Of a DNA stretch of 64,000 nt, positions 1-14,454 are shown one piece after another. Below the pieces are notes generated by a model, which saw nothing but the letters and a program-made list of their open reading frames with translations, was not told the origin of the DNA and did no database searches. Numbering within the stretch: the first letter of the stretch is position 1; every line of letters starts with the position of its first letter. The stretch comes from Lingula anatina (lineage: Eukaryota; Animalia; Brachiopoda): NCBI GenBank assembly GCA_051362555.1, contig CM120644.1, forward strand, positions 24,698,534-24,762,533. The letters run 5' to 3'. The position numbers were made by a program, and so were the translations under genes.

Positions 1-3000
1 TGCGAACTAGTTAGTTCACTGTTCTGAATGTGGCCCTATATTTGGCGAACTTCCCTGTATTTTCTGCAAATTGGATATTTATAAGTGGTTTTATTTCAAC
101 CTCGTGGGAAACCTGGTAGATTCTAGACAAGAGTTACGTACGTATGTTTCACTGAGGTTTAGGAGGTCATCTGAACACGTGGAGGACATTGACCTCGTGT
201 TAACTGGCATAGACGAGAATTTAACAGAAAATATACTTATGTACTAATATTATCTGTAATTCTTAGTAAAAATGAGTAGAGAATGATATAGATCTTATGA
301 TTATGATACAGTAAAACTGAAAGAAAATATGCATGGAACCTTGATCACCTTAAAATTTCATCTGAAGTTTCTTTCTTGCTATTTTTTCGTCTATTCCTGG
401 ATATTTTATTTTTGTCTCCTCTTTCCTGGGGGTAAGAAAAGAGATATTTGATTAAGAAGAGTCCGTGCAGATATTAAGGAGGTAAAAGTCACCTCAGAGA
501 GCAGAGTGTGGAGTGGTTTATTAAGTTAATGATAATTTTTACTCCTGAACCACCTGAGTCGTCTTGTTGCTTTCTTGGTTACGTGCAGGAGGTGTGTAGA
601 TTCTTACCAACGCTGATGGTTGCCACGGAAAATTAAAGCTTTACTTGTTTTGTTTAATTTGGAACAACTGTGCACTAAAAAAAAAAAAAACAATAATAAT
701 AATAAATAAACAAATAAATAAAAGGATGAATAAATAAATAAATAAATAAGTAAACGAGACATATTTTAAAATGAAAAATGAAGAATGAGAAAATGAACAA
801 GTAGATAATTTAAAATCTGTCAGGAAAAACGAAAAAAAAAACAAAACAAAACAAACTGAAGACAGAAGCTAATTCTTAGAACTTTCTTTTCACCCAGATA
901 TTTTCATTTTGGAACTATAAATGGCAATGATAGTCTTAGAAATGCATCTAACAGTGATATTTTTCCAAGAATATTGTCTCATAACAGTAAGTTTGCATTC
1001 CTCTGAAAACTGCCTCTGTTGCCAAATATAGTAGGATATACAAGTATATAAGCTGTACTGTACTTAATGACTGAGTGAAGTCATTCATATGAAGCAGCTT
1101 GTTGTAATGTCATTTTCTCCTGTCTGTTAGGTTAATACATTGTATCAGTTAAGTGAACTCGCCAGGCGCCATGCACACATCTAATCGTACACTCTGAGAT
1201 TGAGAGGTACGAGAGTAGTTGGACCGTCACGACACAATTAACATGTTTTATTGGAAGTTAATTACATAATATGGGATATAATGTCAGCTCAGTTGAATGG
1301 CTTTCCCAAGTAATAGTAGTTTACCCATGTGAATTGAAATAAGTGTATACAAGTGAATATGCGTACAGTCCTTCCCCCTCAATTCATAGTCCCATGCTCG
1401 TTTTCATATAAATGAAAAGATGATGGTGTTTTGAATGAGTTCAGTAGACATGAGATTATTATTTTTACTTTTCAGTATACATATATATTAAAATAGTCCA
1501 CGTTTCCTTGGTATTGGTAAAAAGTGTCCCATAGAACATCTCCATCAGTTACAGCAGTATGGCTGTTTCCTGTCGCACCTCCTGATTAGCTGTTGGATGT
1601 GTGGCAGTGCCCCGAGGTCTTGACTCTTTATAATTACATATATATCAAATAAATGGCTAAGCGTGTATGTGGAAATGGGAATAGCACACTAACAGAACTG
1701 GTGTCTCTTTCTTTTGGGTCTTTATTGCAACATATTAAGTTATGTTTTTAAGTTTTTTTATTGAAAAATGTGAAATAATTTACCTGTGACCCTGTTGTGC
1801 GTTCAATGACCCTCAGAATGGGCTGCAAGCAAGCTGATATATAATAGTATCCTGCTGAATTTAGCAGCCCTCAGGTGTCTTGCCATTATAATCATGATCC
1901 TCTGACATAAAAAAAATGTACTTTGATGTTGACTCAACAAAGTATTTAATAGTGATGTAGGAGCGTGGTCATATCTGTGGATGGAATTTCTCGCATAAAG
2001 CTATAAAACTTTTTGCGGTATGTACCTCTGTATACATATTAAATATAATTCTAATTTATTGTATTTGTTAATGGCATTTTCAACTCTTTGAACTCTAGAC
2101 TTGTGCATGCATTTATTCCGCTTTTTCTCTTAGGCTTAAATAATTAGAAAATTCTAAATCTAGTGGAAAGACAGCATGTGTGTGTGAAGAGATAGTAAGT
2201 AAAACAAGAACTACAATTGACCTGAGGAAATAGGAGGTGTATAAAGAGCGATGAGAAGTTTGAGGAATAGTTGTCTACTAATGGCCTAACAGAGCACACT
2301 AATGCATCTTTAATGATAAAATTGTACTCGTCTAAGTGAGGCTATATGTGCTGATGATGTGCTGAAGGAGTATGGTACTGACAAAGACAGAAAAACTCTC
2401 GGGATCTTTTGTCATCAGGTTTAAAAAAGATTCACACACGCATGCTAGCATGCATTCTCTCACGTGTGCACACAAATAAAAACTAGATAATAATAATAAT
2501 AATAATAATAACAATAATAATAATAATGATGATGATAATGATGATGATGATGAAAAAAGAAAAATATGATGGCTTCAGGTTTGGCTGGAAAATTAAAAAC
2601 ACCTACCCGTAGCCTGTATTTGTGTACTTGTATTTCTGTAAAATCATCTTCCTCACATTGAAAGGTCAGTTGCTATTTTCCCTGGGCAAAACAAAAAGGT
2701 CTTTGGTTGTCTCTTGTGCTTTGGTGGTAAACCATGTCTGTCATTCTATGAATTGTGTCTAAAGAAAGCGTAAGGTTGAAACATCATGCATTTTATCAGG
2801 TTTAGAATTTTTTCTCAATATATTACTTGCTTTCCTCCATCACTTGTCTCCTGAGGTCATCCTCTTCATCTATTACTGGGACTAAGATAAACAGTTTTAA
2901 CTGGACTGGAAGTTGGCCTTTTAAGCTTTATTTATTGAAAAAAAAGAAAGAAAGAAATAAATAAAGAAAGAAAAATAGCCAGAAGGTGGCTTAATGTTTG

Positions 3001-4403
3001 ATTATAGTATTTTAAAGTAATGCCGCTCTCCAATCTTCTGTCAGTTTGGCATCAATGAGGCAGCTACGTATACTTGTACTGTTGTGTAGTCACTGTAGTG
3101 CATCTTGTGCCAGAATTCAGTGTTAAAACTCCGCTCTCTACAAGTGCTGTTTGGTCCTAGGTGAACCTAAGGTTCATTATGGGCTTGTTCACAACTGGCT
3201 GAGCCACGAACTAACTAGTCTGGGGATCAAATATGTGGCAACCCACTTGAAAGCGTGTCGATATTTCACTGCTCTGCAATGATGACGTGAGTGGTTAAAC
3301 AAACACACTTGCTCTTCCAATCCTCTTTGATCCACACTTAACCATTCATTGTCAAGATCACACCATGTTTGACCTACGGATAAGTTAGTCCCTGGATGAA
3401 CTGGTTCTTAACGGGGCCCTATGACTTCCTGTGTTTAGAACTTGTAATCTGCCCCTCAAGATGACCCGTGCCAAGTTTGATCTGCCCAGCCTTACTATAA
3501 ATACGCCCAATAGGGTCATGTAAAGGCTTGGGATAGAGTGGCCATAGAATTATGACATTTCTTTGCCAAATGTTGTGTTTAAAAATGCATTTCATGTGTA
3601 GCTAGCCATCCACTGAGAATGGTAGCGACCAAGTGTGGACCAAAGGGGATAGGTAGGACAAGTGTATTTGTGGATGTTTTTGTCTTAAATTCAGGAAGAT
3701 TTAGACAGTTTTGAAGAATAAAAGTTGAGTAACGTGGATATTCCATTTAGGGGTCGGTGATTTGTGTTTTTGACTGCACTTTGATATGTAGATAATGTTC
3801 ACTGGAATCAGTGGCTGCCTGGTTTAAATGAAAACCAAGACAGACAGACAAGTGTTTTCCCTAGAATTCATCTTCTTGGAAAAGTGACTTATTGTGTGGA
3901 AACATTGAATTGTGTAAGAAAATAGAGAGTTATTTTTAACAAAGATACAGTAATAGAAACCCTGAATGCGATGAGTTCTTCCTAACATTTGAAAGCATGT
4001 CAACACATAAGAAGCCTGATGCTGAGAACTGAGAACGCGATTCCAGGAATGAGTACAATTACAAGGTATTGTAACTGTTTTTTTCTGAAACATATTCTGA
4101 AATAATCAGTTAATTTGCCTGACGTGATCATTCTTTGCTGCTGTCATTTTTCCCACGACAAAGTTGTGATGAGAAACCTGTGGTGTCAATTACAAAGGAA
4201 AAAAAACAGAATTTCATTATTTTTATTAATGGACCTGAATACCCCTAACTCCAATTTAGACATCATTTGTCAGTGTACTCATCTGGTTTTGTTGCAGATT
4301 ACAAATTGTGATTTCCTTTGAAGATTGGTAGCAACGCTTTAATATCATTACTACCTGAGGAAGAGCTTTTCAGGGAAATTATGGTCTCTTTTATTAATAA
4401 TAT

Positions 4404-4434
<31 letters not shown>

Positions 4435-4658
4435 TCAGCAAAATAATAATAGGACATTGACCAAGACTACAACCATAGTTGGGGCTAAGATTTTCTACTT
4501 TGTGTGTTTGGATGAGTGACTTATCCCAACTCCATATTTGTCCACTGTTTCAGCAGCTGTGAGGGGCGGGTAGGGGTGGGGTAGTAACAAAACAGCAGAA
4601 AGCCAGATAGAATCTTTCCCCACAGGTGCTCATACCTTTATTTTGTATACTATTTAAG

Positions 4659-4842
4659 GCCTCATTCAGAACACAGGACAAACATATCTACGGATCAAAT
4701 ATGGCCGACCCACTTGAATGCTTGTTGCGTAAACCCGGCAGGAAATCTATTCAGTGTCTAATCCCGAATTAAGCAGCAAGCTTTTTAAATGAGTTGCCAT
4801 ATTTGATCCGTGGATTTGTTAGTCCACTGTTCTGAATGTGCC
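4659..4842. mobile_element. MITE family A (imperfect hairpin, GGCC..CATTCAGAA-type ends); related copies at ~3181-3419, ~21265-21445 and an end fragment at 1-36
   Basis: Ends ggcctcattcagaaca / tgttctgaatgtgcc are inverted, with ttaa on both sides; inner gatcaaatatggc / gccatatttgatc inverted; core caacccacttgaa shared between copies. Confidence 0.7.
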
Positions 4843-6544
4843 TTAAGAGTACATGTATTGTAAATGTAAATAAGTTTATTAAAACATGGCAACCGAAAGG
4901 TTGAAGTTATGCATAAAATGGAATGAGAATAGAATTTACAAATTAAAATAATGATATACAAGTATCATATAGGATATATGCGAACAGAACTTAATGAGAT
5001 AAAAAGGATAAATTAAAATAAATGAATTAAAATAAATTTTTTCACAGGCATCTGAAAGTTAGTGTAAAAGAGGATGGAGTAATGATAATTAAGTACAATT
5101 AAGGCCAAAATAATTTTTAAAAGTAAAACTTAGACCACTGATATATCAGAGACCAGGCTAAGGTGAACTCAGTTCAGTTCACTAGGAAACACCCATCAGG
5201 GAAGCAATTACCTCAAGAAGTGTTGATCTATCCTCAGTGTAAACGCACATTAAGTTCCATCTCAGCCAGGATGTGTTTGCTTGCGGTAGTGGCTCAATTA
5301 TTTCAACCAGTTTCAGATACATAATTTTGGAATCATTGAAGATACATTTTTTTTTTTTTTTTTTTTGTAGCATTTTGGTGTTTTTACTGCGTAGAATAGA
5401 AATATAAGGTAATCTACCTTTTAATTATGTTGCTACCACTCAATAGGAATGTTCTATTTTTAAGAATCTATTACTTAAACATATAGCATCTGTAAAATTC
5501 ACAACTTTCCTGGTGAAAATGCTCCAGCCATTACCCTAGATACTGTAACAGCTATACTGTTCACCGGGGAAAGTAAATGACAGCTGTTATGGAGCTGTAG
5601 AATTCGGAGCTTTCCCCAGCACCATCCATTTCCAGTAATTAGGCAGATGTCGGCTGATTTGAGCTCCGATTACAAAGTCATTTGCCATCCAAGCACATTT
5701 CTGGATATTTGAACATGATTCATGACTTCAGTTAGTGTAACATTAGTTGGTTATAAATCTTAGGTTACTCCAACATGATGCAGCGATTTCCTCATTTCAA
5801 ATAAGACTTATGGTACCTGGGAGATGGCGTGGGGGGGAGGGGGGGTTTGGGGGGGGGGAGGTATGACTCTCCAAGTGACTTGTTAGATAGGTGTCTAAGA
5901 CAGTTTGGGATGTCACAGCTTGGATGGTGCTATCTGCTCTCATCTGTCATTTTCACAGTGATAAGCAAAAATATGTCCATGGTTTTGATTTGCATGAAGA
6001 ACTGATGACTGACAGCTACAATTATTAACTGTTGATAGAGATCAGAAAATCACCAAAGTTTGGCTGATGACAAGACAAGGACTGACCAAGATGCACTTCA
6101 CAGTACTAAATGCTTTATTGCAGCGCTGAAAGAAAACGGCGGCTATGGATTTCCCATCAAAATCATATGTATATAATAGTATTTGTAGTAATTACCATCA
6201 TCGCAGCTATTAACTGACAGCCAACGGCGTTTTCCTGATTGGTGGAGATGTTCCCAGCAGATTTCATCAGAATCAATAAAAGCTTTGGCTACGACTGCTC
6301 TCTCTGTTACTGGAACATGGTTCTAGGTGATAACATCAGGGCAATAATGAGTGATTTCTGTGGAAACCAGCTGATGTTTGATGTGGCAGTGTTAGGGTAC
6401 AGATAGTGCTGAAGAGGGAAGAGTAGCAGTAGGTGGAATGGCAGATGGCTTCACCCCGCGAGAGGCGCCCAGAAAGTGTGAGGTATACATGGTACTGGGA
6501 GGTATATACAGACATGAGCTTTTGCCACGTAATTAGGGAATTCT

Positions 6545-6579
<35 letters not shown>

Positions 6580-7454
6580 GGCTCCAGAGCAATTAAACCC
6601 CCAAAATCATATGAAGGTGTTTGGTTCCACAGTACACGTTCAGAATTTTATTTTCTAAAACCTGATATCATGTCTGTATATATATATCTTAGTTTAATGG
6701 AGCATAAAACTTAGTCTAGTGTATGCCAATAATTCCTCACTATGATTTATTGTGTCTGAATGAAATTTAATGAAAATGAAATATTATTGGACAGTTATGA
6801 TATTGACTTGATGAAGCAGCCACAGTTTTATTTTGTATCAGGACTGGGTTCTGTTCATGTTGTTTTAATGACTTTTTTTACTATAATTGCCATTGCTTTT
6901 TTGATTGGTTGTTTGATTGATTGGATTGTTCATTGAAACATATTTTTAAGGGGAAGAGGTAGCTAAGTGATGAAATTAAAAGGGTCAGCCTACATAGCTG
7001 ATTTTTTTTTTTACCCCATGGTTGTGAAAAAGATAATTTAGGTGCATACAATCTGATTTCCAGTCCACATACCTCATATTTAGGATACAAGCCATAGTTG
7101 TCTAGCAATGTGACTGAGATTTGTGTGACCCCAGCGTGATAATGCGGCAGTCTGAGAAAACTTAGCATCCATTTGTTCTCTGCGTATACCTAACATTATT
7201 CCTCATGTTTGTTCAAATTGATTTTTGTTTCCCTGTGGCTTTTTTCAGAGATGAGTATTGACCTGAACAATTTGTGTTTTGCATCATTTGCACTAGGGAG
7301 TAAAGAGGGCGCTACGTAAGGGTCTGCACCGTCTCCCCCTCCCTCCCCCCCTCCCCCTGCCCGCCAAGCACTCTATTTCACTTTATCCATTATGAATAAA
7401 ATTGCTCTGTTTGTGGACTTCTTCACTGTAAGTAGGAGAGATGAGGTTGTGTTA

Positions 7455-7678
7455 GGGTGCATTCCCATAGATTTTAGATCAATCTATCCCTATGGGGAGT
7501 CTCACTAGATTACTGTCAGATAATCCAGCTTGAATGTCCGTCCCGCCTACTGCAAGCTGTAAGGGGGTAATTAACTTTCATGCCCACTCGGCTGACAGCT
7601 ATTTAGCGTGAACCCTCAGGGAGTTAGGTCGATCTAAAGTAGATTGATGATATCTGTTTAAGACTTATGGCAAACAGC
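7455..7678. mobile_element. MITE family B copy
   Basis: Shares core ctagattactgtcag...gtcccgcctact...gctgtaagggggtaattaact...tttagcgtgaaccc...gggagttaggtcgatctaa with 18953-19167 and 56526-56751. Confidence 0.75.
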
Positions 7679-9153
7679 TTGGCAAATTGATATCTGTAAA
7701 GATCATAGACCGTGTATTAACTGGTGACCTAACTACATTGTATGGGCAATAATAACAAAGAATGGCCTGTGTACAGCTAGAGAACCACACTTCTGGCTGT
7801 GTCAGTGAAGAAAAAGCTGCACATTATAATTTATGGCTGCCATCAATTTACCAAGCTGTGTGTGATATCACATAACTGACTACATTCACTTCCAAGTCGT
7901 CTTCATACATCTTCTGCCTACTGCTTCCCAAAGATATATTAATGTTTTAATGACTGTGGATTTTATTTGAGTTGTGTTGAAGAAGCTGGTACAGTCTAAT
8001 AATTATATACTGATATGTGACAGAGGATTTACTCAGAGGGTCACTAGTGAATTCTTAAAATGTTGATTCATAAAGTTTCAAAAAGATATTTTTTTTAGGT
8101 GTCTGAGAGCATTTTTTTATGAATAACTGAAAGTGATAAAACTAAAAAAAAAATCTAGAAGAATTGTAGTGAAATTTATGAAAATAGCAAGTGATTACAG
8201 TAATTTCAGTCAAGTTGTAGTGTGTCTGTAGCACTACATTTCCCATTCTTATTACCCTGCCATATTTCCCTTTTGTCATTTCCTAATTGATTCAAAGCTG
8301 AAGTTCTGTTTCTGGGAAGTGTCAATTTTGTGTTAGTTTTAGGAGACTTCAGGGTCAGCGCAGTGGCTCATTGGTGATCAGATCAGATTACTGACATGTG
8401 AGCTGCCATTTCTTGTCCTGTTATCACTCTCAGGATCACCCTTAATGGCCCTTAATTCCAATAATTACATGAAAGCCATAACAGTTCAGCAGATGTACTA
8501 GTATTGATAAGACCGCCCGTACAACTTCTGATATTTGTGTTGTGTCTGAACCATTTGACTTCATTAACGTGATTACCTTACATGATCAACAGGACTATTA
8601 TGACTATAAATTTCCTGGAATATGCTTGCAGTAAAGTGTATTTTATTTTACAAAATTCAGATTAAATTTGTGGTCTTCACTCAGGATTTTTTTTATGTGC
8701 TTTATCTTGGTCTCTTAGAAGTTTATGTTACCAGTGACACAGACCAGGGAGGGGGGGGGGGGCTGTTTCACAAATAACTAATGCCAGCTTCGTGAAACGG
8801 GGCCCCAGGTCTGTTACTGTAGTGACTTAAATTTCTACATTTACCAGACAATATTTTAGCATTTGCAACTTTAAGCTGATCAAATAAGGAACCGAAAAAG
8901 ATAAAGTTATCACAATTGTTGACAAATGTCACCAGGGAATTGCTATTGTTAAAGCATTTTGTGGAAGGTTTATTTTTAAATCATCTTCGTGATGAGTTCT
9001 GGAAGGGCAGATTGCAAACCCCTGCCAGGGACTTCCAAGGCTTTATATCCCTGAGTGCTGTGTCTGCTGCTGCCAGATAACAGAGGAATCAGAGAGACAG
9101 AACAGGCTTCTGGGGGCTATTATTACACACCCTGCTTCTACAAGATAAAACTT

Positions 9154-9415
9154 AGGGATGGTTCCCAGACCCTAGCATACTAACTGTGGATCGATCTATC
9201 TCCTAGGGGATTCTTGGTAAGTTGCAATCAACTTAAGCAGATTAGATGTCTGTCACGCCTACTGGAGCTGCTAGCTATGAGGGAATAAATCATCATTTAG
9301 CAGCTTCAGTAGGCGTGCCAGACATCTAAGCAGATTAAGCTGAAAGCAATTTAGTGAGAAACCCCTTGGAGATGGATCGATCCTGTTGAACTGATCTAGG
9401 TAAGGGAACCCTGTC
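9154..9415. mobile_element. Palindromic MITE related to family B
   Basis: Inverted arms (ggatcgatc...agatgtctgtcacgcctactggagctgct / agcagcttcagtaggcgtgccagacatct...gatcgatcc) sharing motifs with family B. Confidence 0.6.
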
Positions 9416-11092
9416 TAAAGCACTTGTTTTTGTCAAAACCATTGTGAATACTACTTCAGCAGTCAGTCTTCATCTCCAGAGTTGCTGTGAAAACACCTGT
9501 GTTAGTGGCAGAGATAGCCACATGTTCTGTGTCCATGAAGGTGTTATTGTCTATTGACCCGAGCCTGCATGCTGATTGGTTCTTGGTAATTCACTCAGTC
9601 ACAGGTGGTTTACACGCACCCTGGGATGGTGGATCCACATACACCCTGGGTATCCAGGTGTGTTGGGGAGAGTGAGGTAGAAGCACCCTAAGATTCACAT
9701 GTCATAGCTGGAAACTGATATGTAGTGTCAGAGGGTAGGGAATACTACCCCCCCCCCCCACCTCCCCCTTAATCACCAATCACCAAGATTAAAACAGCTT
9801 GATCACCAATCACCAAGATGTATTCAGGCCAATTTCCAATCACAAGAATTCCTGAATCATGCTTCACACAGAATATTGGGCTCAAATAGTGCATCACGCT
9901 TGAAAAATAAGAGCAATTACGCAAAACACAAAAGATATTCCCTACTAGTACCTTCTTGTCATCATTCCTGTGCAGTTTCCAGTAACTGCAGCTCCAGTTT
10001 CAGAAGTCACAGTCACTGCACTGAAGAAAACTGAGTTTATCCAGGAATATCTGGGCACCATTAAAAAGTTAATTTCATACTTGACTTTAATTCTAACTCT
10101 GCAAGTCCTTGCCTATAAATTGATCCATGATGAATTAGAAATATTGAACTTTTTGAAATATAAAGGCATTGGGTCCATTCCCCCCCCCCCCAACCCCCCA
10201 AAAAAAATAAGAAGAAGAAGAAGAAAAATTTGTTCAAGTTTTGATGTTGACAATCATTTGCTTCTAATTGACAAAGTATTGTTATATCCTGTGCTAAAAA
10301 GAATACAGTTTTTATGGCCAAATGAAGATCAATGGCAATAAGAGTTGTGCAGAATGTGAGCTACAGTAAGCAGAGAACACACTGGCAGAAATAAGCTGAG
10401 ATGATATGTGGAAGACCCCAGTACACTGGAGACCTGCAGTGGTCGTGTTTTTAGCCAAGATAGGCTGAACTTACGTAAGACATCACAAATAAGTAAATTA
10501 AAAAAAAAAAAATAGTAATTGCAGAAAATTATAAAATTTATATGTTTATAAATATTTTAAAATCTTGAAACATGGATTGGCTTTATGTGAGAAATTGTAT
10601 TTGTTTTGAGAGTATCTAACAATGATAACCATTCAGAAGTAAAAGGTTAGAAATTTGTTCACATCATAGTGCTTACCAGACCTATTAAAGCTCTCACTTT
10701 TGTAAGGTTTCATGTGCAGATACAGTAAAGACATTTTCCCTTGGCTTCCTCCTCTCCCTTTGTTCTTCTTCAGGAACCCCCAAGCATCTATTTTTACTAG
10801 TAATCATGTAATGTGCCTCATAACATTGTTACACCTGAATATGAAAAATTGATTGTCAAAAACATTACTTTGTTGACAGCTATGACTGTATTTGTGATGT
10901 ATTGTATCCCTGTACTTACATGTTCCACAACAACTAATTAGTTTTCTTGCACATGCCTCAGCTGGCTTGTTGTAAAGAATCATTGGTTTTCTATGGTTCT
11001 GATGGCATGTTAGATGTGGGATCATTTATAAATGACAAGGTTTTACTACTGCAGAGGTGGTGGAGGAAGCAGGTCTGGGAGGACTCATGAAG

Positions 11093-11095
<3 letters not shown>

Positions 11096-11144
<49 letters not shown>
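11096..11144. repeat. (GA)n microsatellite; other simple repeats at 2486-2552 (AAT/GAT), 20046-20083 (CT), 22151-22222 (GT/GA), 24309-24365 (GT), 45558-45597, 60337-60391 and 61189-61267 (TA)
   Basis: Directly visible simple repeats. Confidence 0.95.
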
Positions 11145-11148
<4 letters not shown>

Positions 11149-12244
11149 CATGCAAACAGAAAAGATGGATAAAATTAGCATTGTGGTGAAAGGTTTCTTC
11201 TAATGTGAAAACTAATTATTTTTAGGAGATGTTTTTATGTAGATAAAGTTTCTAAGGGGTTGGGATTGAAAACAAAATTGTTTTCTCTAGGAGCAGCCCA
11301 TCCCAAGTATTCAAGGAAGCATTTTTAACACTTCAATAATTCAGGAAGAGACGGCTTCGTTTTCTTGAAGCATGGCCCAGTCTCTCAGTCACCGTGGCCC
11401 AGTCATAATTTTGTGGGGAACTATATACGCAGGCCCCTTGTCGTTAGGAGGGAAGTAGTCTCCATTATTAAATAACAAAAGTCATGGTTTGTTACATGTG
11501 GATGGTGATTCAGCTGTTATCAGAGATGGTCACAGGTGTACTAGTACCTAAGTTAAAGGATGGAAAAGATGGGATTACTAATGGTGTGATGGTAGGAAAA
11601 TAGCACCTGAAGACTAATAATAATAATAATAATAACTGTTCAACCTCCTTAAATAACCATACTCAAATATGGAAAAATTTAACAAAAAAAAAAAAGTTCC
11701 CAAACATTTATTATTTGATATTGTGAAGCTTGACAGTTAAACACCTGGTTCACCTTGATCTTGGTCCCTCTGCATGGTCATTCTTATTACAGAGAGAAGC
11801 CAGGAGGAAGTTTTTATAGAACTGACCACCTGTGACTGTTCTGACCACTGCAGTGTAGACTGACCACTAAGTGGACGGTGTTATACAGGATTAATATCTC
11901 ATATAATTGTCTTCATTAAATGTGGTGATTAGCTCTACAGCATGTCTTGTTCAGGTATGTGTATAATGACAATGACAGGGTTTTCACCTGTGTGTGGATG
12001 TGAAGTGACAGAGAATGTCGTCCTGTTTTGTAAGTGATGATGTCCGTAATTTACATACGGGACGCAGACAGGTTGGCTTTCAGTATGTGTCGCAGGTTTA
12101 ATCTCTGTGATTTCACCACATTCCTGAGTGCATGTGCCTCCTAGAGGTATGGGAACGTTTCACTTAGTCTAGCAACTAGAACTGTGTGGGAATGTTTCAC
12201 CAACATTTTTTAACTAAATGTCATCTTGTCTTCTTTATCCACAG

Positions 12245-12468
12245 ACAAGAGGTATGAGAAGCTGTGTCACAGCTGATGACCGCCGCTGACTTCATACATT
12301 CCTGACGTGGACACAGATGACCACAGCTGGACACACAGTGGACACTTGGACCAAAGGTCATCATCAGAACTGGACATTTTGGATGACTGGTCTTTCTGTT
12401 AGCAAAGAGACTATATATACATATCTATACCAGTGTGTGGATAAAGGAAAGAAGAAAAGCTATTTAAG
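12245..12468 (+). other. Probable non-coding 5' UTR exon of the GALNT gene
   Basis: Pyrimidine-rich acceptor (ttctttatccacag|) and strong donor (aag|gtgagt), ~2 kb upstream of the ATG exon; no ORF. Confidence 0.45.
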
Positions 12469-12664
12469 GTGAGTTATCGAATTTACATATATTTAAATAT
12501 TTATACATATGATATGTAGACTTTTCATTAGCATTAAAGATTTTGATATGATGTTTTAAATTGCTTTATAGTGCATCACGGTTTTATTTGATCAATTGTT
12601 TTGTTTGAAGTGGAATAGATGAGTTTCAGTAGAACTTTTGTAAAATGGAGAGCCTTACTAGTAT

Positions 12665-12699
<35 letters not shown>

Positions 12700-14454
12700 T
12701 TTTATTTATTTATTTATTATCCCACTTTACAAATGTTGAAAACTTGTGGCATGTTAACAACCTGAAAATTATACTTGTCTCCCCAGCTGATTATGAATCA
12801 TTAAACATCAGCAATTATAATAACTTCAATCACCATATGCTGTTGTCAAGATACATAATAATCACTACAGTAACTGCTTACAAGCTTTATGTGACGTATG
12901 GAAAGACAGACTGAAACCAAGACTGGTGTGGTATGAATTATGTCACATGATATTCAGATTAATTCACTATAGCTGTCCACAGAGTTAAACCAAGACTGCT
13001 TTGGTATGAATTATGTCACTTGACATGCGTTTTGATTCATTATTTGTCTATTGCTGTCAAGGAAATTAAACTATGACTGGTTTGGGTAAGACACATGTCA
13101 TAGGAAAACCAAATAAGTATCCAAGATGGACCTACCATCACCTCACCCATCAAACAAGGATATATATATATGACTGAGTGACAAATGTCCATATATGATA
13201 ATATCACTGGTGAAAGTACTGTAGTTGATGTTCTGGAGAGGTATATGTAATGTGGACTGGTAATAGGACAGACTTCACTTAAACAGAATTTATTACACAT
13301 GGTGAATTCCTGGAGTGCAATATTGTGTGGGATATCGTTAAACAGTTCCATTTGCTACAGTGTGTGTTTGAATTGACTAAAGTTACATTTGTCAATAGCT
13401 AAAGAAAAAATGTAACTGATAATTACCAGCCGATACTTCACCTGCTGACAGTCAGACTTCGTCAGGGAAATGAGGGCTGTGTTAGGTATTATAACTTGTG
13501 TGGGATACATATTGCTGTGATGGGTTGACATCTGACTTCCTTTTACAGAGAAGTAGCAGAATTACAGCAATTTGAGTTATTCAAACATAGCACATAATTT
13601 CCATACTAGAAATAGCATTAATTTTGGTATTTGTGGATATTAATGATTATAATTACATGATTATGTCTGCAAGTAAAGTTAATTTTTGTAAATTGGGGCA
13701 TTTGTGAGAAAATCCTGTCTGAGGAAATCCAATCTTGATGGCTTTTGAAAATTAAGTTATTTTATCGCTGTTTTCAAGACATGACATTTCACTGCAGCTG
13801 TGGATGGGATAAAGATATTTTAGAGCTGTTAGTCTATAATGACTTCTAGCGAAAGGAAATCTCTAAGCCTGAAACAATGTCACAGTGGTATTTTAGATCT
13901 TATAAAAGTTGATTACTTTCAATTTTCAGACATATCTGCACTGAAGGGAAAGATATCCTAGGAACAGAGAACATCTTCAACATTACTGCTGGAGGTGATT
14001 TTGTATAACAGGACTAGTGCCATTAGTAGAGAAAGGAGTCACAGAGACGGATTCTACCAGATTTAAGTCATTCTATTTATAGACCACATTGACTTGATAA
14101 TGAGGTCAAACTGACCCAGTTACATAAATTAGATATCAGAATTATAACTACTTGTAGTACAGGGCCTGCATATCAACAAGTCCAGGGAATTAATACACAC
14201 CTAGAAGCAGGTGTGTGACTAGGAACTAGGATCAGGTGCCCGTCATGTTGTCAACTCTCTAAAACTTAAGTGATTTAACCAAGATTCCAAGGCTCTGTTG
14301 ATAGAGCAGGGCAAGAAGCACCAGAATTCCATCTGACCTTGGATAAGGTCAGGTGACTGTGATAAGAACACTGGCTGAATATCGCCCCAGGTGACACAAA
14401 CTGCACATTCTGCAGCCGCCATATTACTGGCTGTCGTCCTAACCTGTAGTAGAC

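Noticed and set aside
8353-8405. tRNA/SINE-like A-box stretch
   Set aside because: No B-box or cloverleaf recognisable
641-13351. Short ORFs upstream of GALNT
   Set aside because: Low-complexity or microsatellite-derived, with no domain motifs or consistent splice structure; likely 5' intronic or intergenic DNA
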